A DNA stretch of 48,319 bases, from the sequence record SRR20825019_1319; one strand, 5' to 3'. Numbering within the stretch: position 1 is the stretch's first letter; every line of letters begins with the position of its first letter. The notes under the pieces were generated by a model that was not told the DNA's origin, ran no database searches, and saw nothing but the letters and a program-made list of their open reading frames with translations. Shown one piece after another: positions 27,610-38,479 of the stretch. Made by a program: the position numbers and the translations under genes.

Positions 27610-30129
27610 CTATTCGTAACGAAGCGCGTGAATAGGGTTAGACTGCGCAACCTTGATCGCACGGGACGCTACTGTCAGCCACGACACAAGAAGTGCAATT
27701 GTCCCCGCCGCCAACGCCAGTACCCAGATAAAGCTACTGTCCAGCCGGTACTGGAAACCTTCCAGCCAACCGGACATCACATACCAGGCAAGCGGCCACG
27801 CAATGATGTTTGCGATGAGTACAGGGCGGGAGAATTGCCAGACAAGAAGCTGCACAATATCCCGCACCGTGGCCCCCAGCACCTTACGAATGCCAATCTC
27901 TTTGGTGCGCTGCTCTGCGGTGAAGGATGCAAGACCGTAAAGCCCAAGGCACGCCACAATCACTGCCAGCACAGAGAACGCCGCAAACATGGTCGCCTGG
28001 GCGTCCTCCGCCTGATACTGAGCATCCAACATATCAACAAGGAATTCACGCCGCATGGGCACAAGAGGCGCAAACTCTGTCCACACTTTATCTATGTTGC
28101 TCAGAAGCGTGGGGATATCATTAGTGTTGAAGGTGATCGTTGCCACATTGAAGCGGTCAGGTTGGTTGAAGTAAACTGTCGGGCGCACACCAAACTTGAG
28201 TGACCGGAAATAGATATCCGGCGTAACCCCGATGATGGTGAGGTCATACTGGCCCGCTTGCCACACGTCAGCGCGAAGCACACGACCAACAGCCTCTTCA
28301 GGTGAACGAAGACCAAGCGCCCGCATCGCGGTTTCGTTGATCACCACACTGGACGCACCCATGCGGTTTTCTTCCTCGGGGATAGCGACAGTCTCGTCGG
28401 TACCAAAAGCGCGGTCAAACGTACGACCAGCTAGCGGCTTCACGTCATAGGCTTCAAAGAAGTCATACCCCATTGAGTGATAGTTGATGACAACCTCGTC
28501 ACCACCCGTACCCTCATCTTCATTTGAAAGCAGTTGAAAGCCGGTATTGTTTTCATTGTCCTGGCTTGGTGCTTCGCTCGAATAAACAACACTTTCAACG
28601 CCAGGTATCTGGCGCATAGCGTCTGCAATGGCATCACGCTGTTCCGCCACACCCGCACGGCGCATGCCCATCAGTTCAAGCTTGCTCGAGTAGCTGTAGC
28701 CCACATCCATGTTGCGGGCGTATTCAGTCTGACCGTATATGACAGCCGTACACACGATCAAACCGATTGAGATAGCGAACTGGAACACCACCAGCACAGT
28801 ACGGAACTTGCTCGCCGCGCCACTGTCTGATGACTTGTTGGACTTCAGAATTTTTGCCGGCCTGAAGTGCGACAGATACGCCGCCGGATAACTGCCTGAC
28901 AGCACACCTACAATCACGGCGACGCCGATAAGCGTCGCAAAGAGCGGCAGATCACCCGCCAGATCAAACTCAAGCGTGCGGTTGATGGCGTCATTATAAA
29001 CCGGCAGCGCCATCTCAACCCCTACAAGCGCCACCAAAAGCGCAATGCAAGCAACGGCGATGGCTTCACCAAGGAATTGCCCAGCAACCTGAAGCCGTGA
29101 AGCGCCCATCACTTTTCTCAGCGCCACTTCGCGTGCCCGGCGGATACCGCGTGCGGTGGCCAGATTCATGAAATTGATTGAGGCAATGACGAGGATAAGG
29201 ATAGCCACAATGGCAAAGGCATAAACGCTTTGCACATCACCCATTGCACTCAGGTCCCCCATGTTTCCCGCATCCTTGCGGGCATGCAGGTGGAGGTCAT
29301 GGAGTGGCATCACATTTGGACGCATCCCGTCTGATGGTTTACCCTCCATCCCACGTTGCTGGCCCATTTCAATGAAGGGGCTTTCATTATCCAGCCAGTA
29401 GTAAAGGCGTTCCTTGAGGTCCGCGGCCGTAGCGCCCTCACGAAGCTTGAAATAGGTGTAGGTGTTCACACTTGTCCAAGTATTGAGGATGTTCGGGAAG
29501 GGATCGAACATCGCAGGGTCCATATAAACAAGAAAGTCGATGTCAAAATGGCTGTTCTCGGGCATATTCTTGATCACACCCGTAACCTGCAGTGATACCG
29601 GGGTGCTATCAAGGCAACAGGACGTGAGCGTTTCACCCACAACGTCCGTACGGCCAAAATAGCGGACCGCAGCGTCTTCACTGATAACCAGATCCATCGG
29701 CTTAGAGAAAGCCCGGCTCACATCACCGTCCGCAAAAGGCAACGGGAACACGTTAAAGAACGATCCGTCGGCGAAGAAGATGGTTTCGTCAAACGCCCTG
29801 TCATCCTGAAGGATTGAAGTGCCTTCAACAACGAGCCTGACACCGTCTTCAACCTCCGCTGATGCATAATTTTTCATCGCCTCCATCATGCGCCCCGCAG
29901 AACGAACCGTATGGAACGGCTGCCGCCCCGGAGAATGATATGCGCTATGGAGCCTGACCACACGCTCCCCTTCAGGAACCCAGGCATCATAAGTGAGCTC
30001 ATCCCGCACGAACAGCAGGATGAGAATGCAGCTCATCAGGCCAATGGCGAGCCCAAGCACATTGATCATCGAAAACAATCTGTTTTTGATAATGTGCCGC
30101 CAGGCCGTCATCAGATAGTTTTTAAACAT
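27610..30129 (-). CDS. MacB/FtsX-family ABC permease, copy 4
   Basis: MFKNYL...INVLGLAIGL; INFMNLATARGIRRAREVALRKVMGA; RTKEIGIRKVLGA; NPIHALRYE. Confidence 0.94.
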   Translation of the reverse strand: MFKNYLMTAWRHIIKNRLFSMINVLGLAIGLMSCILILLFVRDELTYDAWVPEGERVVRLHSAYHSPGRQPFHTVRSAGRMMEAMKNYASAEVEDGVRLVVEGTSILQDDRAFDETIFFADGSFFNVFPLPFADGDVSRAFSKPMDLVISEDAAVRYFGRTDVVGETLTSCCLDSTPVSLQVTGVIKNMPENSHFDIDFLVYMDPAMFDPFPNILNTWTSVNTYTYFKLREGATAADLKERLYYWLDNESPFIEMGQQRGMEGKPSDGMRPNVMPLHDLHLHARKDAGNMGDLSAMGDVQSVYAFAIVAILILVIASINFMNLATARGIRRAREVALRKVMGASRLQVAGQFLGEAIAVACIALLVALVGVEMALPVYNDAINRTLEFDLAGDLPLFATLIGVAVIVGVLSGSYPAAYLSHFRPAKILKSNKSSDSGAASKFRTVLVVFQFAISIGLIVCTAVIYGQTEYARNMDVGYSYSSKLELMGMRRAGVAEQRDAIADAMRQIPGVESVVYSSEAPSQDNENNTGFQLLSNEDEGTGGDEVVINYHSMGYDFFEAYDVKPLAGRTFDRAFGTDETVAIPEEENRMGASSVVINETAMRALGLRSPEEAVGRVLRADVWQAGQYDLTIIGVTPDIYFRSLKFGVRPTVYFNQPDRFNVATITFNTNDIPTLLSNIDKVWTEFAPLVPMRREFLVDMLDAQYQAEDAQATMFAAFSVLAVIVACLGLYGLASFTAEQRTKEIGIRKVLGATVRDIVQLLVWQFSRPVLIANIIAWPLAWYVMSGWLEGFQYRLDSSFIWVLALAAGTIALLVSWLTVASRAIKVAQSNPIHALRYE

Positions 30130-30154
30130 CGTTTTTCCCTCGCTTTATGGTTTG

Positions 30155-30175
30155 TGGTGGGGCGTTGCCCCACCA
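30155..30175. other. Intercistronic stem-loop between permeases 3 and 4
   Basis: TGGTGGGGC-GTT-GCCCCACCA, a perfect 9-bp stem. A T tract follows only on the + (antisense) strand. Confidence 0.75.
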
Positions 30176-30182
30176 GCTTTTT

Positions 30183-32615
30183 TTATTCGTGTCTTAACGC
30201 CTGAATGGGATTTGCCCGCGCCACCAGAAAGGCATGGCCAGCCACCGTCAGCCAGCCGATGAAAAGCGCCGCACCGCCTATGAGAACAAAGGGCAGCACC
30301 CCAAGCTCAATGCGGTATGCAAAACCGTCCAACCAGTCATTCAGGAAGTAGAAAGCCGCTGGCCACGCCAGCAGGTTGGCGATCAGGATCGGCTTTGAGA
30401 ACTGCCAGAGCAGCAACCGGACGATATCCCCAAGCCGGGCACCCAGTACCTTGCGGATACCAATTTCCTTGGTGCGCCGCTCCGCCGTGAAGGACGCAAG
30501 GCCATAAAGCCCCATGCAGGAAATGGTTACCGCCAAGAGGGTGAAGATCGCCAGAATGTCACCCAGCCGTGCATCAGTTTGATACTGAAGCTCAACAAGC
30601 TCCGGCATGCTGCGGTAGCCCAGGATAGCATCAGGATATGTTTCCTGCCATGCCTGCTCAATCGCACTGATTGCCGCGTCCCGATTACTCGCATCGATGC
30701 GCACAGTCATGTCCGAGTTACGCGCGAAATCAATGTAGTAAATACCGGGTCGGATGACATCACGGGCACTGTCAAAATGGAAGTCCTGCACAACACCTAC
30801 GATGGTAGCGTCCACACGCAAGCTTGAAGACAAGTCAGCCGAAACCTGCTGGCCGATCGCTGCTGAAGCTGTTTCAAAACCAAGCGCAGATGCTGCTTTC
30901 GCATTCACGACGATATTTGCCGCCGACGCATATTCAGCTTCATCGCCACGGTCACGCAGGACGTCTGCGCCTGTGTCCGTCAGGTACCTGCCTGCCAGAA
31001 GCGGAATCTGGTAGACCTTGAAAAAGTCTGGCCCGGTCGGCAAGCCATCAAGCATTACCTGTTCGCCACCGCTGGCGGGGCGGATATGCAGGCGGTCTTC
31101 GCTGCCCTCAGTGGGAACATCGGACGAACGTCCAACGCTTTGGATAAACGGGCTTTCAAGCAGCCTGCTTTTGAACTCGTTCGAGCGGTCGTTGTTAGTG
31201 CCCGAAACCACCAACAGGTTATCTGGGTTGAAACCGAGGTCCAACTGGCGCGCGAACTCTGTCTGTTGATTGACAAAAAACGCAACGATCATCAGCGCCA
31301 CCGAAATGGAGAATTGCGCCACCACAAGGCCAGCCCGCAGCCCGCTGGTCCCGGAATCGGGGGACGTGTTGCTATAGAGCACATCACGCGGGCGCAGCAT
31401 GGCAAAATAGGCCGCATGCAGGCTGCCTGCGCTCAGGCCCACGCCAACCGCCAGGGCAATAACGGCCCCCAGCAACACGGGGTCGCCAACAAGGTCCATT
31501 TTCACGAGCGTTGAAAGGAACGCGTTATAGTATGGCAACGCCAGCTCCACGAGAGACAGCGCGATCACGAGCGCGATCAGCGCCAAAATGATCGATTCCC
31601 CTAGAAACTGTTGCATGATCTGGCTTCGGTTCGCGCCAAGCACCTTACGCATGGATACTTCCCGCGCCCGGTGCGCCGTGCGCGCCATCGACAGGTTCAG
31701 GAAGTTCACCATCGCAATAATCAGGATGAGAACGGCAATCGCCAGAAAACCGAACAGCACGTCTGCGTCTGTGTTTGAGCCGTTGCCATAAAGATGAACA
31801 TCCCCAATCGGCACCAGCCGCAGTTTCATGGACCAGTTGCGACCATTTTCCTGCCCCTGTTGCCCTTTTGGCAAATAGCGGTCCACGATGCCCGGCAGCT
31901 CTGCCTCGATCAGCGAGATGTCTGTACCGCTCTCGAACCGCACATAGGTTGTCCAGTATGCGAAACGCCAATCTTCAGAGAACCAGCGTGCGCCAACGAA
32001 ATATTCCCGGTTAAAGGGCGCGATAAAATCATGCTGTACAGTCGAATTGTCCTGCGGATTTGCTATTACCGCGCTAACGGTAAAATCCCGAAACTCGCCA
32101 CCAACCCGTACTGAAACCGTTCTGCCAAGAGCCGAGCTGTCGCCAAAATACTTCTGCGCGGTTCGCTGGCTCAGCACCACGTTCGACATATTGTCAAAAG
32201 CAGTATCTGCACTGCCTTCGGTGAAACGAAAGTGGAAAAACTCAAAATAGTTCGGCTCGGCAATATGGGCTGGCTGCTGAAACAGCTCGCCGCCCACACG
32301 CACCACGACGCTGCCATCAATATACCGCACCACATCTTCCACCTCGCGGAAACTATCGACGAATATCTCCTTGAGTGGCTCAACCGCATTGGGGCTGGCC
32401 CGATCAGGTTGGTTGATCCGTGTATAGGTATTTTCCAAACGGTAAATATCTTCGCTTCGCTGCCAGTGATTGTCCCACGAGAATTCGTCCCGAACAAACA
32501 GCGTGATGAGGATGAAAGCCGCAAGCCCAATAGCGAGCCCCGCGATATTGATGATTGAGAACAGTTTGTGGCGCATCAGGTTACGCACCGCTATTTTTAG
32601 ATAGTTCTGGAACAC
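30183..32615 (-). CDS. MacB/FtsX-family ABC permease, copy 3
   Basis: GTG start, GGGAGG RBS; FQNYLKIAVRNL...INIAGLAIGLAA; NFLNLSMARTAHRAREVSMRKVLGA; NPIQALRHE. Confidence 0.94.
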   Translation of the reverse strand: MFQNYLKIAVRNLMRHKLFSIINIAGLAIGLAAFILITLFVRDEFSWDNHWQRSEDIYRLENTYTRINQPDRASPNAVEPLKEIFVDSFREVEDVVRYIDGSVVVRVGGELFQQPAHIAEPNYFEFFHFRFTEGSADTAFDNMSNVVLSQRTAQKYFGDSSALGRTVSVRVGGEFRDFTVSAVIANPQDNSTVQHDFIAPFNREYFVGARWFSEDWRFAYWTTYVRFESGTDISLIEAELPGIVDRYLPKGQQGQENGRNWSMKLRLVPIGDVHLYGNGSNTDADVLFGFLAIAVLILIIAMVNFLNLSMARTAHRAREVSMRKVLGANRSQIMQQFLGESIILALIALVIALSLVELALPYYNAFLSTLVKMDLVGDPVLLGAVIALAVGVGLSAGSLHAAYFAMLRPRDVLYSNTSPDSGTSGLRAGLVVAQFSISVALMIVAFFVNQQTEFARQLDLGFNPDNLLVVSGTNNDRSNEFKSRLLESPFIQSVGRSSDVPTEGSEDRLHIRPASGGEQVMLDGLPTGPDFFKVYQIPLLAGRYLTDTGADVLRDRGDEAEYASAANIVVNAKAASALGFETASAAIGQQVSADLSSSLRVDATIVGVVQDFHFDSARDVIRPGIYYIDFARNSDMTVRIDASNRDAAISAIEQAWQETYPDAILGYRSMPELVELQYQTDARLGDILAIFTLLAVTISCMGLYGLASFTAERRTKEIGIRKVLGARLGDIVRLLLWQFSKPILIANLLAWPAAFYFLNDWLDGFAYRIELGVLPFVLIGGAALFIGWLTVAGHAFLVARANPIQALRHE

Positions 32616-32678
32616 TTTTGTGTCCTCCCTTTACCAGCTGTCGTCGTGTCGCTTTGTCGGCGCGCTTGCATACGCCTT

Positions 32679-35105
32679 TTATTCGTATCTCAACGCCTTG
32701 ATAGGGTTCGCGCGCGCAACCTTCAGCGTGTGACCAATGATGGTGACCCAAGCCACAGCCAGAACCCCAAGCCCTGCAACAAGGAATGGGAACGGCGACA
32801 GGCTGATACGGTCGACAAAACTTTCAAGCCACTCGCTCAGGCTCCACCAGGCAATCGGCCATGCGATAAGGTTTGCCACCAGAACCGGAGTTGAGAACTG
32901 CCAAAGCAGCAGGCGCACAATGTTATGGCTGCGCGCACCCAGCACCTTGCGAATGCCTATTTCCCTGGAGCGCCGCTCAGTTGCCAGCGCGGCCAGGCCG
33001 TATAGGCCCATGACCGCAATGATGACCATCACACTGGCGCTGAACAACAGCAGCCAACCCTGCCTGCGTTCATTGTCGTAATACTCAGCAAAAGCATCGT
33101 CGACAAACTGACGCCCGATTGGCAGGTCTGGGAAAAACTCGCGCCACACCTGGTCAACAGTAGCCAGCGTTTCCGCCATGCCCTCGCGTTTTACCTTCAC
33201 AACGACATGACGGTACTCATGCGGTCCGATCCAGTAATAAGTTGGGCTCGGCTCTGACCGTGCAGACCGCGTGCGCAGGTTTTCGACCACGCCGATGATG
33301 GTTGAACGGAAATCACCCCATGTGCGCACCTCTTGACCAATAGCCTCCTCAGGGCTTGCAAAACCAAGCTCGCGATAGGCAAGGTCATTGAGGATGATTG
33401 CGCCCGATGCGCCCTTGTCAGGTTCGGTGCGCGCGTCGGCCGCGCGGTTCTTGTCAAACAGACGCCCGGCAAGCACTTTCACTCCAAGCATCGGCAGCAG
33501 TTCTTCCGAGACCGAAAAACGCCGCATGTCTTTTGACACACCGTTGTTTAGCGTCAGCCCATTCCAGTTATTATAGTCATGGCCCGGCATGCCGTGTGCA
33601 GCGGCGACAGCTTCCACACCGCCAATGCGTGCCAAGGCTTCACGGAACGCTTTTTCCCTCTGCAATACAATTGGCCGCGATATTCCGCCAATTTCGAGCA
33701 TCTGCGCACTATTGAAACCTGCGTTTTTGCTTTTTGCATATTCAGCCTGCATGAACACAACGAGGCATGTTGCCAACAGGCCGATGGTCGCTGCAAACTG
33801 AACAATAATCAGCGCGTTGCGGAAACGACTGCCAAGCTTTGGTTTCACGCCAGCCAGATAATCCACCGGGCGGAAACGCACGGCTACCAGCGCCGGGTAA
33901 AGGCCACAGATTATTCCCACAAGCGTGGTACAGCCGATCAGGGTAACCAGCATTGCCGGACCATATATCTGCGCGCTCGTCAGTTCCCGGTTCATCAGTT
34001 CGCTAAAGACGGGGAGCGAGGCTTCCGCCATGGCAACACCAATCAGCATCGAAAGGAACGTCAGTGCCACAGATTCAACAAGTATCTGCATCATCAGGTG
34101 ACGCCCCTCCGCACCCAGGGCTTTTCGGATTGCCACCTCACGCACACGTTTCATCGCGAGCATGGTACCCAGGTTGGCCACATTGATTATGGCAATTGCC
34201 AAAATCAGAAAAGCAATGACTGCAGCCGTGATCAGGCTGGCAATACTGCCCCGGCCATTACCACCACGTGTGTCGCTTTTCAGGTGAGCGTCTACCGCCT
34301 TGGTAAGATGAAACTCATATTGAGGTTTGATGCCATCATTAATGCGGTCTTGAAACCGGTTGGACGGACCAACCCGGATCGCGAGCGCATTCATCTCCTC
34401 GGCTACAAGTTCCGGCGAAGCCCCTTCCTTGAGCCTCACATATGTCGGCCCCGAGAACGACCCCCAACTGGTAAGCCGCCACGGCATATGGTCAAACACA
34501 GGCGTTGTACCCGGTATAAAAGCATGTACCTCGATATCCGACGCTTTTGGCCAATCAGGCATAACGCCGGTTACCTTCAGGGTGTGTTCACCATTGATTT
34601 TGACCACCCGACCAAGCGGCGATTGCTCGCCAAAAACACGCCGGGAATCTGATAGGCTTAATACGATGGCATCCGGGCTATTGAGCGCCGTCGCCGCATC
34701 ACCTTCCAGCAGTGTTATGCCCATCAGGTCGAAAACACCCGGGTCTGCGATGGTAATTTCCTGCTCAAAGGCATTGCCGTCCACTGCGAGCGCGACGCTA
34801 TCATCCAGCAGACGCGAAAATTGCTCAATACTCTCAACCTGCTCCGCAAAAATAGGGGCCGCAACCGGCTGAAGAGACTCCACGTTATCGTTGAAGTTGC
34901 CATCCCGGTCGTAGGCCAAAGTCTCGACACGCATCACCCGGTCGTTTTCAGGAATCCAGCGGTCGTAGGAGAGTTCAAAATTCACATAGAGAAGAATGAG
35001 CAAGCAAGCCGCCAGGCCAACAGCCAGACCAAGAATATTGATCAGGGTATATTGTTTATACCTCAGTAGGTTGCGCATCGCTGTCATCATATAGTTCTTG
35101 AACAT
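32679..35105 (-). CDS. MacB/FtsX-family ABC permease, copy 2
   Basis: ATG 35105 (MFKNYMMTAMRNLL) with a GAGGA RBS; RVREVAIRKALGA; RSREIGIRKVLGA; NPIKALRYE. Confidence 0.94.
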   Translation of the reverse strand: MFKNYMMTAMRNLLRYKQYTLINILGLAVGLAACLLILLYVNFELSYDRWIPENDRVMRVETLAYDRDGNFNDNVESLQPVAAPIFAEQVESIEQFSRLLDDSVALAVDGNAFEQEITIADPGVFDLMGITLLEGDAATALNSPDAIVLSLSDSRRVFGEQSPLGRVVKINGEHTLKVTGVMPDWPKASDIEVHAFIPGTTPVFDHMPWRLTSWGSFSGPTYVRLKEGASPELVAEEMNALAIRVGPSNRFQDRINDGIKPQYEFHLTKAVDAHLKSDTRGGNGRGSIASLITAAVIAFLILAIAIINVANLGTMLAMKRVREVAIRKALGAEGRHLMMQILVESVALTFLSMLIGVAMAEASLPVFSELMNRELTSAQIYGPAMLVTLIGCTTLVGIICGLYPALVAVRFRPVDYLAGVKPKLGSRFRNALIIVQFAATIGLLATCLVVFMQAEYAKSKNAGFNSAQMLEIGGISRPIVLQREKAFREALARIGGVEAVAAAHGMPGHDYNNWNGLTLNNGVSKDMRRFSVSEELLPMLGVKVLAGRLFDKNRAADARTEPDKGASGAIILNDLAYRELGFASPEEAIGQEVRTWGDFRSTIIGVVENLRTRSARSEPSPTYYWIGPHEYRHVVVKVKREGMAETLATVDQVWREFFPDLPIGRQFVDDAFAEYYDNERRQGWLLLFSASVMVIIAVMGLYGLAALATERRSREIGIRKVLGARSHNIVRLLLWQFSTPVLVANLIAWPIAWWSLSEWLESFVDRISLSPFPFLVAGLGVLAVAWVTIIGHTLKVARANPIKALRYE

Positions 35106-35155
35106 GGCTTCCTCGTCTATTCTCAACCGCCCGCGTTCCGGGCTTATTGGAGTGG

Positions 35156-35180
35156 CTGGGCCCGCCGGATGCGAGCCCAG
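35156..35180 (-). other. Intercistronic stem-loop between permeases 1 and 2
   Basis: Sense RNA CUGGGCUCGC-AUCCG-GCGGGCCCAG, fully paired with one GU only in the sense orientation; no U tract. Confidence 0.7.
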
Positions 35181-35189
35181 TTCCTTTAT

Positions 35190-37682
35190 TTACTCGTACC
35201 TCAGGGCATCAATCGGGTTGGAGCGTGCAACCCGCGCGGCGTTACCGCCCACGGTCGCCCACGCAATGGCGAGTGCAATCAGCCCCGCTACCACGCAAAG
35301 TGGCACCAATACCCATTCATCAATGCGGTAAGGGAAGTTCTCAAGCCAGGTGAGCATGCCCCATGCAGCCAACGGCCAGGCGATCAGGTTCGCGATCAAT
35401 ACCGGCTTTGAGAACTGCCATAAAAGCAGGCGAACGATATCAAAGACACTGGCACCCATAACCTTACGGATACCAATCTCTTTGGTTCGGCGTTCGGCGG
35501 TGAAGGATGCCAGGCCATAGAGCCCGAGACACGCGATAACAACCGCAAGGCTCGAGAAAATGCCCAGCAGAACCGATTGATTTTCTTCTGCCTCGAACTC
35601 CTCCGCCATCTCTTCATCGACAAAGTCGTAGGCGAACGGTACGGTTGGGATCAGGGATTTCCATACCTGCTCCATCTTGCTCGCCAGCTCCGCCGGGTTG
35701 CCTTGGTATCGCACATTCAGATTATTGAAACCAAATGGCGACAACGTATACATCTCAGGCCGCATGACACTGCGCAGCGATTGGAACTTGGTATCTGGTA
35801 TCACACCAATGATGGAAAGCTGCGCCTGCACACCACTTCCGAGACCAACCTGGATCACGCGGCCAACCGCCTGTTCCGGCGTACCGAAACCAAACCGCCT
35901 GAGTGCCCCTTCGTTCACGATCACGCTGCTGTGCAGAATTTCACCTTCTTCTGCCTGTGAAGGGTCTGGTATCATATCTGTCGGGTGGTCGCGGCTGAAG
36001 TTGCGGCCAGCGAGCAGTGGAATTTCATAGGCGTCCAGAAATTCATAATCGATACGATGAATACCGATCAGCATGGAACGCCCGCTATCATCCCCAGGGA
36101 TAGTTACCGAATTGTTGCTCTCGTTTCCGCTTGAAGGCGCGTCGCTTGAAAATGCCGCACTAACAACACCGGGAAGCCGCAAAATCTCTTCCTTAAAAGT
36201 ATTTCGCTTGTCAGATGCGCCAGTGCGGCTGGTGTTGCGTACCACCAGCAGATTTTCCTTGTTAAACCCGGGGTCGAGATTGGTGGCATAGAACTTCTGC
36301 CCATACACCACACCGGTTGAAACAATAAGCGCGATGGAGATGGCAAACTGCACGATCACCAATGTATTCCGGAGCGCGGCGGAGCCACTTGATTCCGCAG
36401 ATTTGTTGGCCTTGAGCACATAAGCAGGCCGGAAACTGGAAAGCACAAGCGCCGGGTACACACCGCCCACAATACCGACAACGGTAACAAGGCCCAGCAA
36501 GATCAAGAGCGTAAGTCCATCCAGATAATTGAAGGTCAGGTCCTTGCCAACAAAACTGCTGAACGTCGGCAGCAGAAGCTCAACAAGCACCGTACCAAAC
36601 ACAAGGCCGATACACGCAAGAAGCACGGATTCACCAAGGAATTGCCCAATGAGTTGTCCCCGGCTGGCGCCCAATACCTTCCTGAGCGCCACTTCCCGCG
36701 CACGTTGGGTCGACTTCGCCGTAGCCAAATTCATGAAATTGATGCAGGCGATCAAGAGGATAAGCCCTGCGATTGCTGTGAAGATCAGCACATTGGTCAT
36801 GCTGCCAATGGGTTTCAATTCAACGCCTGACGGTGCGGCTGGGTGAAGTTGAACGTCAGTGAGCGCTTGTGTAGAGTATTTCACAAAGTCTGATGCTTTT
36901 GCTTCCTCGCCGTTGGACGTTGCGGCAGAAATCTCGATATGCGCATCAGCAAAATCATTAAGACGCTGATTAATGGCTTCAATTGAGCTCCCGTCCTTGA
37001 CCGTGAAGTAAACAAAGTTGTTCACGCTGAACCACTGAGTAAACTCCCAAACCTGATTCTCGAAGTCTTTCTCGTCGATCATGGCCATGCCCTGAAACTC
37101 GAGCACAGTATTGTGTGGCAGATCCTTGAAGACGGCACCAATGCGGTAGTCACGCTCAAGGTCATGTACGTTGACGGTCAGAACTTCCCCAATCGGATTG
37201 TTTTCACCATAGTATTTTTTTGCGAACGTTTCGTTGATAGCAAGGCTCGCGTTGTCCCGCAGCGTGGCATGCAAATCACCTGCAACCACATCAAAATCAA
37301 AGATGTCCGTGGTCTCGCTGTCCGTCCACATCAGGATTTCGCTGAACACATCACTATCTTTGCGCAGAACCACCCGCATGGTGTTGAACCGGGTCACATC
37401 CTCAATATCCTCAGGGAAGAAGTTCTTGAGAGCGTGCTTGGTTGGCCCCTGCGCCATTGTTGTAACGAATGGCTCGCGCCCCGGTGGGTTAAAGGTAGTG
37501 TTCAGACGGTAAATGCGGTCTGAGTTGGCCCAGTGCTTGTCATATGAAAGTTCGTCACGCACAAACAGCATGATCATCACGCATGCCGCCAGACCAACCG
37601 CCAAACCGATGATGTTAATGGCGCTGTAGAGTTTATGTTTAAGGATGTTTCTGAGCGCCACGCTTATATAATTACGGAACAT
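35190..37682 (-). CDS. MacB/FtsX-family ABC permease, copy 1
   Basis: MFRNYISVALRNILKHKLYSAINIIGLAVGLAA; IACINFMNLATAKSTQRAREVALRKVLGA; NPIDALRYE. Confidence 0.94.
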   Translation of the reverse strand: MFRNYISVALRNILKHKLYSAINIIGLAVGLAACVMIMLFVRDELSYDKHWANSDRIYRLNTTFNPPGREPFVTTMAQGPTKHALKNFFPEDIEDVTRFNTMRVVLRKDSDVFSEILMWTDSETTDIFDFDVVAGDLHATLRDNASLAINETFAKKYYGENNPIGEVLTVNVHDLERDYRIGAVFKDLPHNTVLEFQGMAMIDEKDFENQVWEFTQWFSVNNFVYFTVKDGSSIEAINQRLNDFADAHIEISAATSNGEEAKASDFVKYSTQALTDVQLHPAAPSGVELKPIGSMTNVLIFTAIAGLILLIACINFMNLATAKSTQRAREVALRKVLGASRGQLIGQFLGESVLLACIGLVFGTVLVELLLPTFSSFVGKDLTFNYLDGLTLLILLGLVTVVGIVGGVYPALVLSSFRPAYVLKANKSAESSGSAALRNTLVIVQFAISIALIVSTGVVYGQKFYATNLDPGFNKENLLVVRNTSRTGASDKRNTFKEEILRLPGVVSAAFSSDAPSSGNESNNSVTIPGDDSGRSMLIGIHRIDYEFLDAYEIPLLAGRNFSRDHPTDMIPDPSQAEEGEILHSSVIVNEGALRRFGFGTPEQAVGRVIQVGLGSGVQAQLSIIGVIPDTKFQSLRSVMRPEMYTLSPFGFNNLNVRYQGNPAELASKMEQVWKSLIPTVPFAYDFVDEEMAEEFEAEENQSVLLGIFSSLAVVIACLGLYGLASFTAERRTKEIGIRKVMGASVFDIVRLLLWQFSKPVLIANLIAWPLAAWGMLTWLENFPYRIDEWVLVPLCVVAGLIALAIAWATVGGNAARVARSNPIDALRYE

Positions 37683-37726
37683 TTTTTGTCCTCCCGCTGT
37701 CGTGTTTTTATGGGCTCTTCTTATTT

Positions 37727-38410
37727 TTATTCAGCCGCACGCAGGTTTTCTGTCACCACGTGACCATCAAAGAGATTGATGGTACGGCGTGCATAGTCAG
37801 CATGCGCCGGGCTGTGCGTTACCATCACAATGGTGGTGCCTTCTTCATTGAGGCTTTGCAGCATTTCCATCACTTCTTGGCCATGAGCACTGTCGAGGTT
37901 ACCGGTCGGCTCATCCGCAAGGATCATGGCTTGGTCGCCCACAACGGCACGCGCAACGGCCACCCGCTGTTGCTGACCACCAGAAAGCTGGCTTGGCATA
38001 TGCTTGGCACGGTGTGCGATGCCAACCTTGTCCATAACCTTTGCTACACGCTCGCGGCGTTCGGATGCGGGGATGTTGTGATAGAGAAGCGCAAGCTCGA
38101 TGTTTTCTTCTACCGTCAGTTCATCGATCAGGTTGAAGCTCTGGAAGATAAAACCAATGTGCTGCTTGCGGATGTTGGAGAGCTTGCTTTCGCCGTAGCG
38201 CGCCACATTCTCGCCCATGAAGATATAGTCCCCACTTGAGGGCGTATCCAGCATGCCAACGATATTGAGCAGTGTTGATTTACCACAGCCCGAAGGACCC
38301 ATGATGGCAACAAATTCACCGCTTTCGATCTCGATATTCACGCTGTTCAGCGCTGCAGTTTCCACTTCGTCGGTACGGTAAACCTTTGAAAGATTATGTA
38401 GTTTGAGCAT
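37727..38410 (-). CDS. ABC transporter ATP-binding protein (LolD/MacB-NBD type)
   Basis: Walker A GPSGCGKST, GFIFQSFNLI, signature LSGGQQQRV, Walker B ILADEPTGNLD and H-loop VTH. Confidence 0.97.
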   Translation of the reverse strand: MLKLHNLSKVYRTDEVETAALNSVNIEIESGEFVAIMGPSGCGKSTLLNIVGMLDTPSSGDYIFMGENVARYGESKLSNIRKQHIGFIFQSFNLIDELTVEENIELALLYHNIPASERRERVAKVMDKVGIAHRAKHMPSQLSGGQQQRVAVARAVVGDQAMILADEPTGNLDSAHGQEVMEMLQSLNEEGTTIVMVTHSPAHADYARRTINLFDGHVVTENLRAAE

Positions 38411-38444
38411 TCCGTGTTCCTTTCCTCGTTGCCCATATTCTTAA

Positions 38445-38479
38445 TGGCCCAGGCGTTTTCCACGCTATCATCTGGGCCA
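38445..38479. other. Intercistronic stem-loop between the MFP and ATPase genes
   Basis: TGGCCCAG...CTGGGCCA outer stem with an inner GCGT/ACGC stem. Confidence 0.65.

Noticed and set aside
33579-34652. 357-aa plus-strand ORF (and the 323-aa ORF at 27232-28203)
   Set aside because: Both lie antisense to well-supported permease genes, have no recognisable motifs and show the composition of shadow ORFs in GC-rich DNA.
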